A stretch of DNA of 64,000 nt from Eutreptiella sp. 'Long Island Sound 2002' (lineage: Eukaryota; Protista; Euglenida): NCBI GenBank assembly GCA_964036045.1, contig OZ038379.1:13082001-13146000 (forward strand), read 5' to 3'. Below, one piece after another: positions 63,915-64,000 of this stretch. Within the stretch, counting starts at the first letter, position 1. Each line of letters opens with the position of its first letter. The notes beneath the pieces are model-generated. The model saw only the letters and a list, made by a program, of their open reading frames with translations, did no database searches and had not been told where the DNA came from. A program made the position numbers and the translations under genes.

Positions 63915-64000
63915 GTAGGTAGCTACCAACCGCGCATGTAGTGGTTGTGCTAGTCCTAATCCAGCATAGCAGGTGTTTGAGTTTCCAAGCTTTGACGACA

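Noticed and set aside
63327-63918. Overlapping 161-aa and 168-aa ORFs, and a membrane-protein reading
   Set aside because: These are alternate-frame products of the low-complexity ggcagt repeat; only the frame in phase with the splice acceptor was kept.

Overview
Repeat-dominated eukaryotic DNA. A spliced-leader match at 47113-47139 points to a euglenid. The first half is a 1979-bp macrosatellite in two blocks (1-10132, type A; 14874-32648, type B), separated by a 4.7-kb mosaic of transposon debris. Types A and B differ by a 71-bp deletion and a 71-bp insertion that cancel exactly. Block B runs directly into the decayed 5' part of a plus-strand LINE (ORF1-like region plus APE endonuclease). 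The main element is a near full-length minus-strand LINE (about 39.8-47.1 kb): ORF1, then ORF2 with APE, RT, CCHC finger, RNase H and a long extra tail. Its 5' end is a euglenid spliced-leader exon, suggesting it was copied from a trans-spliced mRNA. The right part holds a tRNA-derived SINE with a 19-bp target-site duplication splitting a SAP-domain ORF, a DIRS-type RT/RNase H remnant, micro- and minisatellites, and a few probable plus-strand host exons. All domain calls come from motifs read by eye; no database searches were run.
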